Positions 35,249 to 43,822 of a DNA stretch of 47,137 bases are shown here, piece after piece. The notes under the pieces are model-generated. The model was given only the letters and a program-made list of their open reading frames with translations, made no database searches and was not told the origin of the DNA. The DNA is from Acidimicrobiales bacterium (GTDB taxonomy: Bacteria > Actinomycetota > Acidimicrobiia > Acidimicrobiales > UBA8190): the NCBI GenBank assembly GCA_035319705.1, contig DATHCF010000409.1:1-47137 (forward strand), read 5' to 3'. The translations under genes were made by a program, and so were the position numbers. How positions within the stretch are numbered: the stretch's first letter is position 1; the number at the start of each line of letters is the position of its first letter.

Positions 35249-36811
35249 ATGGCGACGATCCCAGCACCGTCTAGCCAGGTTGATAGAGACGTTCACCAGC
35301 TCCACCAGCTTGGATATGCGCAGGAGCTTCGTCGCCGGATGGGTAGTTTCTCCAACTTCGCCGTCTCGTTGACGATCATTTCAGTCCTCTCTGGCTGCCT
35401 GACGCTCTACTACTTCGGGATGCAGGAGGGCGGCCCGGTCGTCATCGTGTGGGGCTGGATCATCGTCGGGGTGATGACGACCGTCGTCGGGCTCGGCATG
35501 GCCGAGATCGCCTCCAAGTACCCCACCGCCGGGGGTCTTTATTACTGGTCCGCCAAGCTCGCCGGAAAGAACTCCGGCGCATGGAGCTGGTTTACCGGCT
35601 GGTTCAACCTCCTCGGCCAGGTGGCCATCACGGCGGGCATCGACTACGGCTTCGCTTTCTTCTTTGCTTCCTTCCTCAACATGACGACAGGCTTCCCGAC
35701 GACCGCGGGCTACATTCTGATCGTTTACGCGGGGATCCTCCTCATCCACGGTCTCATCAACACCTTCGGTGTGCGTGTGGTGGCGTTCCTCTCGGACGTG
35801 TCGGCCTGGTGGCATATCCTCGGCGTGCTGGTCATTGCCTGCGTGCTCGCCTTCGTGCCGAGCCACCACGCTTCGGCCTCGTTCGTGTTCACAAAGTTCG
35901 TTAACCTCTCCGGCTTCCACCTTTCCCCGTACGTCTTCTTCGTGGGACTGCTCATGGCCCAGTACACCTTTACGGGTTACGACGCCTCCGCCCACATGTC
36001 GGAGGAGACCCGGGGGGCCGAACTTTCAGCACCCCGAGGACTCGTCAACTCGATCGTCGTTTCTCTCATCGCCGGATGGATTCTCATCCTTGCGGTCACA
36101 TACGTCCTCCCCACGAACATGACCACTTACGGCAAGTACGCCGCCGAGGAGTTCGCGCCCGTTCTCATCTGGGCCAACGCCATCGGCCGGCACGGAGCCG
36201 AGCTGCTTCTGGTCATCGCCTTCATGGCCCAGGCCTACTGCGGCATGGCGTCCGTCACGGCGAATTCCCGCATGCTGTACGCCTTCAGCCGAGATGGAGC
36301 TGTGCCCGGCCACCAGTTGTGGCACCGAATCAATCGGCGCACCAGGACGCCGACAAACGGGATCTGGTTCTGCGTCGTCTTCGCCTTCATCCTGGCGATC
36401 CCCTCCATGTGGAGCGGTGTCGCCTACGGAGCCGTCACCTCCATCGCGACGATCGGCCTCTACATCGCCTACATCCTCCCGACCCTCCTTCGCCGCTTGC
36501 AGGGCAAGGCGTGGGAGGGCGGCCCCTGGAGTCTCGGCCGCTGGAGCCCGTTCATCGGCATCCTTGGGATCGTCTGGGTGGCCGTCATCGTCGTGCTCTT
36601 CATGCTCCCGGAGGCCAGCCCGATCAACGTCGACACCTTCAATTACGCGCCAATTGCCGTCGGCGTCGTGCTTCTGTTCTCGGGCGGCTACTGGATCTTC
36701 AGTGCCCGGCGGTGGTTCAAGGGGCCGGTGGCACAGGGTGACGAAGCCCAGCTAAAGGCGATTGAGGCCAAGTTCGAGCACGTCAGCGAAGAGCTCGCCA
36801 AGGTCGACTGA
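35249..36811 (+). CDS. APC-superfamily amino acid/amine permease
   Basis: About 12 hydrophobic segments. N-terminal LGYAQELRRRMGSFSNFAVSLTIISVLSG. GGAGG SD before the ATG at 35249. Confidence 0.9.
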   Translation: MATIPAPSSQVDRDVHQLHQLGYAQELRRRMGSFSNFAVSLTIISVLSGCLTLYYFGMQEGGPVVIVWGWIIVGVMTTVVGLGMAEIASKYPTAGGLYYWSAKLAGKNSGAWSWFTGWFNLLGQVAITAGIDYGFAFFFASFLNMTTGFPTTAGYILIVYAGILLIHGLINTFGVRVVAFLSDVSAWWHILGVLVIACVLAFVPSHHASASFVFTKFVNLSGFHLSPYVFFVGLLMAQYTFTGYDASAHMSEETRGAELSAPRGLVNSIVVSLIAGWILILAVTYVLPTNMTTYGKYAAEEFAPVLIWANAIGRHGAELLLVIAFMAQAYCGMASVTANSRMLYAFSRDGAVPGHQLWHRINRRTRTPTNGIWFCVVFAFILAIPSMWSGVAYGAVTSIATIGLYIAYILPTLLRRLQGKAWEGGPWSLGRWSPFIGILGIVWVAVIVVLFMLPEASPINVDTFNYAPIAVGVVLLFSGGYWIFSARRWFKGPVAQGDEAQLKAIEAKFEHVSEELAKVD

Positions 36812-37164
36812 CCCACTATTCGCAACAGGCCGACGCTCGCGGCGACCGGTGCCCGTGCGCCGCCGAGACTTAGAAGAGCGGACCCATCGGCGCCTTTCCG
36901 CGTGACAACGACGTTCATGAACACGTCAGCCTGGTCCTAGCGTGACGCAGGGGGCCCCGAGGGCGCCTTCCTCGGCGGACGCTGACCGCTCTGCCGGACC
37001 GGGCGGAGGTCCCTCCGAGCAAGGTCGGTGACCGTCGCCCCGCCTGCTCCTCGGGCCCGGGCACTCGATTGAGCGCGTTGAGGACGTTGAGTCCAGTACC
37101 GTATCCGGGTAGCGAGGGGTTCGATGGAACTGGTCCGGATTGCACAGCTCCCTCGCAGATCGGA

Positions 37165-37599
37165 GTGCTGACGACGGTGTTCGAGAACCTTTTCGTGGCA
37201 GTCGACAACTCCGAGCAGTCGGACCGGGCGGTCCAGATGGCCGCGGCCTTGGCAAAGCTCTCGGGTGGTCGGGTAAAGGTGTTTCACGTGCGCGAGACGC
37301 TCAAGGTGGTTGGCAAGGGCGCCGGGACCTACGAGCTCGAGGAGGCCGATGACGTTTCCCACCTCGTGGCCAAGGAGGTCGCCGTGTTCGAGGAAGCGGG
37401 TGTCCCCGTGACTTCGGAGGTTCGCCACGCCCGGCTCGGCCACGCTGCGGCTGAGATCATCAACGCCGCCCGCGAAGAAGACGCTAGCGTGATTGTGATC
37501 GGTTCACGTGGACTTGGCGAGGTCGAAGCGCTCGTCTATGGCAGCACGGCGTACAAGGTCCTCCACCTCGCCGATCGGCCGGTGCTGGTCGCCCGCTGA
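37165..37599 (+). CDS. universal stress protein
   Basis: LFVAVDNSEQSDRAVQMAAALA ... VIVIGSRGLGEVEALVYGSTAYKVLHLADRPVLV. The start is uncertain (GTG 37165 or 37177). Confidence 0.8.
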   Translation: MLTTVFENLFVAVDNSEQSDRAVQMAAALAKLSGGRVKVFHVRETLKVVGKGAGTYELEEADDVSHLVAKEVAVFEEAGVPVTSEVRHARLGHAAAEIINAAREEDASVIVIGSRGLGEVEALVYGSTAYKVLHLADRPVLVAR

Positions 37600-37693
37600 C
37601 GACCGAGCCGAGGGCGCGATTCGGTGTGCTTGCCAAGCCCCGCATCGAGGAGGAGTTCATCCACATCGAAGCCGAGCTAACAGAGGTCGATTG

Positions 37694-39070
37694 ATGAATC
37701 CAGGAGACGGCGGAAGCCAGTCAGGTTGGCTCTCGCTCGAGGATCTCAGACACGAGACCGCCGCCGGTCGTATCGACACGGTGCTGGTGGCGATGACCGA
37801 TATGCAGGGTCGTCTCCAGGGCAAGCGCACCGACGCGCGCTACTTCCTCGAGGAGGTCGTCCCCAAGGCTGCCGAGGGGTGCAATTACTTGCTGGCCGTG
37901 GATGTCGACATGCGGACGGTGGCCGGCTACGCCCTGGCCTCGTGGGAGCTCGGATACGGGGACTTCGTCCTTCGTCCAGATCTGGACACGTTGCGCCGGG
38001 TCCCGTGGCACCCGAACACCGCCATGTGCGTCGCCGACGTCGTCAGCACCGATGGCGAAGACGTCGTCGCCTCCCCGCGCCAAGTGCTCCGCCGCCAGGT
38101 CGAACGACTGGGCGAGCGGGGCTACCAGGCCTATGCCGCCACCGAGCTCGAGTTCATCGTGTTCCGGGACACCTATGAGGAAGCGTGGAGAAAGGCGTAC
38201 CGGGACCTCACCCCTGCCAACTTCTACAACGTCGACTACTCGCTCCTCGGCACGGCCAGGATCGAACCGCTGCTCCGGCGCATCCGCCTCGAGATGGCCG
38301 GGGCGGGGATGCAGGTGGAGTCGGTCAAGGGCGAGTGCAACTACGGCCAGCACGAGATCGCCTTCCGCTACTGCGGCGTCCTGGCGAAGGCAGACGAGCA
38401 CTCGCTCTTCAAGACGGGCGCCAAGGAGATCGCTGCCCAGGAGGGTTACAGCCTGACGTTCATGGCCAAGTTCGACGAGCGCGAAGGCAACTCCTGCCAC
38501 GTGCACTTCTCGCTGCGCAACCAGGACGACGAGGCAGCGTTCCCGGACGGGCCGCACGGGCACACTGACGTCTTCGAGCATGCTCTGGCCGGGATTATGG
38601 CGACGCTCAGGGACGTGACCGTCCTCCACGCACCCAACATCAACTCCTACAAGCGCTTCGTCGAAGGGTCTTTCGCCCCCACGGCGATTGCTTGGGGACG
38701 GGACAACCGGACCTGTGCCTTCCGGGTTGTCGGCCACGGCGAGGGATTGCGCATCGAGTGCCGAGTGCCGGGCGGCGACGTGAACCCGTATCTGTCTATC
38801 GCCGCACTGGTGGCAGGCGCCATCGAGGGAATCGACGACAAGATGGCACTCGAGCCCGAGTTCGTGGGCAACGCCTACGTGTCCGACAAGCTGCGGGTGC
38901 CTGGCACGCTGCGCGAGGCCGCTCGACTCTTCACCGAGAGCGCCTTCGCCCGCCGCGCCTTCGGCGACGAGGTCGTCGACCACTACACGAACGCGGCCCG
39001 CATCGAGCTCGAGGCCTACGACGCGGCCGTCACGGACTGGGAGCGCTTCCGGGGCTTCGAACGGCTGTGA
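37694..39070 (+). CDS. glutamine-synthetase-family gamma-glutamyl-amine ligase (PuuA/GlnA3-GlnA4-like)
   Basis: GS catalytic-domain motifs EGNSCHVHFSL, NSYKRF, NRTCAFRV, RVPGGDVNPYL. Operon context with ALDH and a C26 hydrolase. Confidence 0.9.
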   Translation: MNPGDGGSQSGWLSLEDLRHETAAGRIDTVLVAMTDMQGRLQGKRTDARYFLEEVVPKAAEGCNYLLAVDVDMRTVAGYALASWELGYGDFVLRPDLDTLRRVPWHPNTAMCVADVVSTDGEDVVASPRQVLRRQVERLGERGYQAYAATELEFIVFRDTYEEAWRKAYRDLTPANFYNVDYSLLGTARIEPLLRRIRLEMAGAGMQVESVKGECNYGQHEIAFRYCGVLAKADEHSLFKTGAKEIAAQEGYSLTFMAKFDEREGNSCHVHFSLRNQDDEAAFPDGPHGHTDVFEHALAGIMATLRDVTVLHAPNINSYKRFVEGSFAPTAIAWGRDNRTCAFRVVGHGEGLRIECRVPGGDVNPYLSIAALVAGAIEGIDDKMALEPEFVGNAYVSDKLRVPGTLREAARLFTESAFARRAFGDEVVDHYTNAARIELEAYDAAVTDWERFRGFERL

Positions 39071-40434
39071 GCGGCGAGTTCAGCGTCGTCAACCCGGCCA
39101 CCGAGGAGGTGCTGGGGACCGTGCCCGATCTCACGGCCGAGGAGACCGACGCCGCCATCATCCGGGCCGCTGCCGCCTTCCCGGCTTGGGCGACGTTGGC
39201 GCCCGCTGAGCGCGGCCGGGTCCTGCATCGCTTCGCCGAGCGCATCGACGAAGCGCGCCATGAGCTCGCCGCCCTCGAGGTGGACGGGGCGGGCCACACG
39301 GTGAGCAATGCCCGGTGGGAGGCGTCCAACGTCCGCGACGTGGTCGCCTACTACGCGGGGGCACCCGAGCGGCACTTCGGCCGCCAGATCCCGGTGGCCG
39401 GGGGCGTCGATGTCACCTTCCGCGAGCCCCTCGGCGTCGTGGGGGTGGTCGTACCCTGGAACTTTCCCATGACCATTGCCGCCTGGGGTTTCGCCCCGGC
39501 ACTCGCCGCTGGGAACACCGTCCTCGTGAAGCCGGCCCAGCTCACCCCCCTGTCGGCCGTTCGCCTCCAAGCGCTGGCGATGGAGGCCGGGATTCCCGAC
39601 GGCGTCCTCCAGGTGGTGACCGGATCGGGCAGCGAGGTCGGTTGGCGCTTCGTCGAGCACCCGGGGGTTCGCAAGGTCTGCTTCACCGGATCGACCGAGG
39701 TGGGCAAGCGGATCATGGCCGGCTGTGCCGAGCAGGTGAAACGGCTCACGCTCGAGCTCGGGGGCAAGTCGGCCAACATCGTCTTCGCCGACGCAGACCT
39801 CGAAGAAGCGGCTCGTAGCGCCCCGTACGCCGTCTTCGACAACGCCGGTCAGGACTGCTGTGCCCGGTCTCGCATCCTGGTCGAGCGCACGGTGTACGAC
39901 CGGTTCATGGAGTTCCTCGAGCCCGCCGTGCAAGGCGTCGTGGTGGCCGATCCCCGTGATGAGTCGAGCCAGATGGGACCGCTCATTTCGGCCGACCACC
40001 GGCGCCGGGTGGCATCGTTCGTCCCCGACGACGCCCCGGTGGCGTTCCGGGGCTCGACGCCCGAGGGCCCCGGCTTCTGGTTCCCGCCCACCGTGCTGGC
40101 ACCCGTCGATCCGAACGAGCGCGCCTTCAGGGAGGAGATCTTCGGACCGGTCGTAGCCGTGGTGCCCTTCGAGGACGAGCAAGACGCTGTCCGCATCGCC
40201 AACGACACGGTGTACGGCCTGTCGGGTTCCATCTGGACCCGGGACGTCGGAAGGGCGCTGCGGACGGCCAGGGCGCTCGAGACGGGGAATCTCTCGGTCA
40301 ACTCGAACTCGTCGGTGCGCTACTCGACGCCCTTCGGCGGGTTCAAGCAGTCGGGTCTCGGCAGGGAACTGGGTCCCGACGCTCTCGAAGCCTTCTCGGA
40401 GGTCAAGAACGTCTTCATCTCCACGGAGGGCTGA
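39067..40434 (+). CDS. NAD(P)-dependent aldehyde dehydrogenase
   Basis: VVPWNFP, LELGGKSANIVF, catalytic GQDCCARSR, EEIFGPV. The GTG start overlaps the ligase stop (GTGA at 39067-39070). Confidence 0.9.
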   Translation: MSGEFSVVNPATEEVLGTVPDLTAEETDAAIIRAAAAFPAWATLAPAERGRVLHRFAERIDEARHELAALEVDGAGHTVSNARWEASNVRDVVAYYAGAPERHFGRQIPVAGGVDVTFREPLGVVGVVVPWNFPMTIAAWGFAPALAAGNTVLVKPAQLTPLSAVRLQALAMEAGIPDGVLQVVTGSGSEVGWRFVEHPGVRKVCFTGSTEVGKRIMAGCAEQVKRLTLELGGKSANIVFADADLEEAARSAPYAVFDNAGQDCCARSRILVERTVYDRFMEFLEPAVQGVVVADPRDESSQMGPLISADHRRRVASFVPDDAPVAFRGSTPEGPGFWFPPTVLAPVDPNERAFREEIFGPVVAVVPFEDEQDAVRIANDTVYGLSGSIWTRDVGRALRTARALETGNLSVNSNSSVRYSTPFGGFKQSGLGRELGPDALEAFSEVKNVFISTEG

Positions 40435-40497
40435 CGCTTACCCGGCTAGTTTTAGCTTTGTGAGCCCCAGTGACGATTCGGTGACGAAAGGGAAGGA

Positions 40498-41265
40498 GTG
40501 ACGAACCGCCTCGAAGGCAAGGTGGCCGTGATCACCGGTGCGGCGAGCGGCATCGGCAAGGCGAGCGCCCGGCGCTTCGCGGCCGAGGGCGCCTATGTGG
40601 TCGTGGCCGACGTTGCTGATGAGGCGGGCAACGCCATCGCCGACGAAATCGGGGGCCTCTACGTACACGCCGATGTCAGCAAGGGACCGGAGGTCGAGGC
40701 GATGTACGAGGCCGCCGTCGATCGCTACGGCACGCTGGACATCTGCTTCAACAACGCCGGCATCTCACCGCCCGAAGACGACTCGATCCTTGTCACCGGG
40801 ATCGAGGCCTGGGACCGGGTCCAGGAGATCAACCTCACGAGCGTGTACCTGTGTTGCAAGCACGGGATCGCCCGGCTCCTCGAGCACGGAGGCGGTTCGG
40901 TCATCAACACCGCGTCGTTCGTGGCGGTGCTCGGGGCCGCCACGTCGCAGATCTCTTACACCGCCTCGAAAGGCGGAGTCCTGGCCATGTCGAGGGAGCT
41001 CGGCGTCCAATTCGCCCGCCAAGGCGTTCGGGTCAACGCCCTGTGCCCGGGGCCGGTGAACACCCCTCTCTTGCAGGAGCTGTTCGCCAAGGACCCGGAG
41101 CGGGCACAGCGCCGTCTCGTGCACGTGCCCATGGGGCGCTTCGCCGAGCCGGAGGAGATCGCCGCCGCCGCCTCCTTCCTGGCGTCCGACGATGCCTCGT
41201 TCATCACCGCCTCGACATTCCTCGTGGACGGAGGAGTCCACGCCGCTTATGTCACGCCCGAGTGA
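40498..41265 (+). CDS. SDR-family oxidoreductase
   Basis: TGAASGIGKA, NNAG, and YTASKGGV (YxxxK). Confidence 0.9.
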   Translation: MTNRLEGKVAVITGAASGIGKASARRFAAEGAYVVVADVADEAGNAIADEIGGLYVHADVSKGPEVEAMYEAAVDRYGTLDICFNNAGISPPEDDSILVTGIEAWDRVQEINLTSVYLCCKHGIARLLEHGGGSVINTASFVAVLGAATSQISYTASKGGVLAMSRELGVQFARQGVRVNALCPGPVNTPLLQELFAKDPERAQRRLVHVPMGRFAEPEEIAAAASFLASDDASFITASTFLVDGGVHAAYVTPE

Positions 41266-41980
41266 GCCGGCCGCGACGGCCGTGCCGGTCATTGGGGTCA
41301 CGGCCTACGAAGAGCACGCCCGCTGGGGGCCGTGGGCCGAGCGGGCCGCGCTCGTGCCGGCAACGTATATCCACGCCGTCGAAGCGGCCGGAGGTGCCGC
41401 CATGGTCCTTCCCGTTCAGTCCCCGACGCTCGTGGTCCTCTTGGACCGGGTCGATGGTCTCGTCGTCTCAGGTGGTCCCGACGTCGGCGCCGAGCGCTAC
41501 GGCCAGAGGGCGCATCCCGAGACCCAGGAACCCCGCGCCGAGCGCGACAGCTTCGAGCTGGCCCTCGTGGAGGAGGCAACTCGCCGGGAGCTACCCACCC
41601 TCGCCATCTGCAGGGGTATGCAGGTCCTGAACGTCGTGCGTGGCGGGACCCTGCATCAGCACCTCCCCGACGTGGTCGGCCACAAGGGCCACTCCCCGAA
41701 GGCGGGCGAGTACGCCTGGCACGGGCTCGACATCGCTCCGCGGTCGCGGCTCGCCCGGATCGTCGGCGGGTCGACGGCGGAGATCGCCAGCCACCATCAC
41801 CAGGCCATCGACCGGCTGGGCCGCGGCCTCGAGGTCAGTGCCCGGGCCGAGGACGGCACGATCGAGGCGGTGGAGGACCCGACCCTTCCGTACCTGCTCG
41901 GAGTCCAATGGCACCCCGAGGAGGGCCCGGACTTCTCGCTGTTCCGAGCGCTCGTGGCCGCGGCAGCGCGGCGGCCGTAA
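41249..41980 (+). CDS. gamma-glutamyl-gamma-aminobutyrate hydrolase-type class I amidotransferase (peptidase C26, PuuD-like)
   Basis: Nucleophile elbow LAICRGMQVLNV, HHQAI, GVQWHPE. The ATG at 41249 overlaps the SDR 3' end by 17 nt. Confidence 0.9.
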   Translation: MSRPSEPAATAVPVIGVTAYEEHARWGPWAERAALVPATYIHAVEAAGGAAMVLPVQSPTLVVLLDRVDGLVVSGGPDVGAERYGQRAHPETQEPRAERDSFELALVEEATRRELPTLAICRGMQVLNVVRGGTLHQHLPDVVGHKGHSPKAGEYAWHGLDIAPRSRLARIVGGSTAEIASHHHQAIDRLGRGLEVSARAEDGTIEAVEDPTLPYLLGVQWHPEEGPDFSLFRALVAAAARRP

Positions 41981-42135
41981 CCGGTCGCCCGAGGCCGTTG
42001 ACACCGAGACCACCACGGGCGACACCTCGCTAGGGTCCTGATGGCGTCCCCGAGGAGTTTCCACTCGTCTGTCACGTTAGAATCGCAGAGTCAGGCGTAA
42101 CGACCGAATTCATGTGGGCGGTCTACGATTGACCC

Positions 42136-42507
42136 GTGGACGTTGTGATTACGCCCGCCGCCCGGGAATTCATCAGGGCACACAGCGGAGCGGTGTTCAT
42201 CAGGTCTCACACGCATCGGTGCTGTAGCGGACCACTCACAGTTCTCGACACCTCGATGACCGAGCCGCCTGATGGCAAGGGCTATATCCAGATCAAAGCC
42301 GCCGATGGCGTCGATGTCTGGTACTGGGGGAATCCGGTTGCTTCCCCTCATGTCCTGACGGTGGGGCTACGGGGGATCGCTCGCCGCCATCTGGTGTCGT
42401 ACTGGGATGGGTGTGTATACGACCTCAACGGTGAGTATCGCTCACATGGGCGGCCTATGGACGTGTGTGGACCAACCACCCGAAGGTCGCGCCATGATGC
42501 TGGTTGA
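42136..42507 (+). CDS. small CC-motif protein (resembles the CC/Se motif (seleno)protein family as I recall it)
   Basis: MDVVITPAAREFIRAHSGAVFIRSHTHRCCSGPLTVLDTS...DGVDVWYW...HVLTVGLRG. The layout M.i.IT..A..fI...gg...I......CC.G is family-like. The assignment is from memory. Confidence 0.5.
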   Translation: MDVVITPAAREFIRAHSGAVFIRSHTHRCCSGPLTVLDTSMTEPPDGKGYIQIKAADGVDVWYWGNPVASPHVLTVGLRGIARRHLVSYWDGCVYDLNGEYRSHGRPMDVCGPTTRRSRHDAG

Positions 42508-42733
42508 GCCGAAACTCCCCGACGTTCTTTCGGCATGGGCACTGTGACGGGCAAGAGCGTTGGTAACGACACTCTGAAACCGGCGCAGTGGTCCCAGCAA
42601 CCGCACGGAACTGCCTGGAGCAGGATGCCCTGGCCAGGCCGTCCGGCCAGGTCAGACAAGCCGAGGGCGAGCGAGATCACGCAGCGGCGTCATAACAGGG
42701 CGGGTGGCCCGCCAGCCCAAGTGCGGTGAACCT

Positions 42734-42766
42734 CTGCTCCCGCCCATCCGGGTTTGCCGGGAGCAG
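42734..42766 (+). other. strong hairpin CTGCTCCCG-N15-CGGGAGCAG inside an ORF-poor repeat region
   Basis: Perfect 9-bp stem. The 3' arm is part of the thrice-repeated GCAGGATGCC motif. Confidence 0.4.
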
Positions 42767-43010
42767 GATGCCTCTGCCGGGACTGGGCCCAGGGCCTAGG
42801 AGGGCCAGACCGCCCTGGTAACCCCCCGGAGCGATCTCGGGCAGTCGGTCATCCTTCCAGGGTGCGATGAAGCGGCATTTGCAGGATGCCCGCCCATTTC
42901 GATACATGCAGCGCGATACCGGCACGAGCCCGGACGGAGGGGGTCTTGGGCTGAACTGGTAGGCACGAGCCGGGACGAGCCCGGACAAGGGAGCATGTAC
43001 TCAACTGGAG

Positions 43011-43031
43011 TTCGAGTCCCCCCCGAGCCGA
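43011..43031 (+). other. tRNA-like T-loop/acceptor fragment TTCGAGTCCCCCCCGAGCCGA (no complete tRNA)
   Basis: It aligns to the tRNA-Arg fragment TTCGAGTCCCTCCGAGCGCG at 5776-5795 with one substitution plus indels. No 5' acceptor, D arm or anticodon arm lies upstream. Confidence 0.3.
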
Positions 43032-43047
43032 CTGTTCAGACGCGAGG

Positions 43048-43476
43048 TCAGGAACTTCCTCCCCCGGCGCCGGGACCCACCTTGAGCTTCACCTTCTTGG
43101 ACTTCGACTTCGTGCTGCCACTCACAGTCAATTCGATCTTGTACTTGACAGACTTCTTCGTGGAGGTGTTAAGCGGCGGATAGAGCGTTTCGCTCACGGA
43201 TCCGCTCGAGCAGGTGACGGTCACGGGCAGACCCGAGAATGTCGGTGTCGACGAGAATGTGCAACTCGTGGCGTTGGCCACTGTCGCAGACACAATCGAC
43301 GACCCGCCGGCGGCGGTGATAATGGCAGGACTCGCTGCCAGTCCGGCAATGGTCGGCTTGGGCGTCTTGGTCTTGGTCGTCTTGCCCCAGGCGGCTTCCG
43401 ATACGCCGAAGGTGGTCGCCACAGCCACAACCGCCACTCCGGCGATTGCCGCCCACCTCACGCCTCGAGTCCCCAT
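43048..43476 (-). CDS. secreted hypothetical protein with an Ig-like beta domain and a Lys-rich tail
   Basis: Signal peptide MGTRGVRWAAIAGVAVVAVATTFGVSEAAWG, then PTIAGLAASPAIITAAGGSSIVSATVANATSCTFSSTP. Confidence 0.6.
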   Translation of the reverse strand: MGTRGVRWAAIAGVAVVAVATTFGVSEAAWGKTTKTKTPKPTIAGLAASPAIITAAGGSSIVSATVANATSCTFSSTPTFSGLPVTVTCSSGSVSETLYPPLNTSTKKSVKYKIELTVSGSTKSKSKKVKLKVGPGAGGGSS

Positions 43477-43822
43477 GGCGCCCCCCCGTTCATCGTCCGC
43501 CGGCCGGACCCGGTATGCCCACTCCATCGTTTCAGCCGACGAGGAATCCTACTGCTTCAGAGCAAACATTCGTCACCGGGCGCCGAATCTCCCCGGGGTC
43601 GACAAAGGGTGTCTACACATGCTGCTCGACTGCAGGTAAGCGGCAGCAACTTCGCCGATGGCGACTCCAAGGGAAGTTTCCGCCTCCGCGGTCCCGTTGC
43701 CACCGTCGGCCATTGTGGAGTTGGGCTGAAGTACAGGTCGTGGCCCGGATCGTCAATCGCACTCAAGCGGCTCATCTCGGATGCCCGCTCCTTTCGATAC
43801 ACACACCGTGTTTCCGGGCGGA

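Noticed and set aside
42508-43047. RNase P RNA, tmRNA, SRP RNA or a riboswitch in the ORF-poor stretch
   Set aside because: None of the invariant cores are present on either strand. I looked for GAGGAAAGTCCGGGC, ACAGAA.CCGGCTTA, a tmRNA 5' GGGG..GA / 3' tRNA-like pairing with a tag ORF, the SRP GGAAG..AGCA, and the B12 box GCCACTG.
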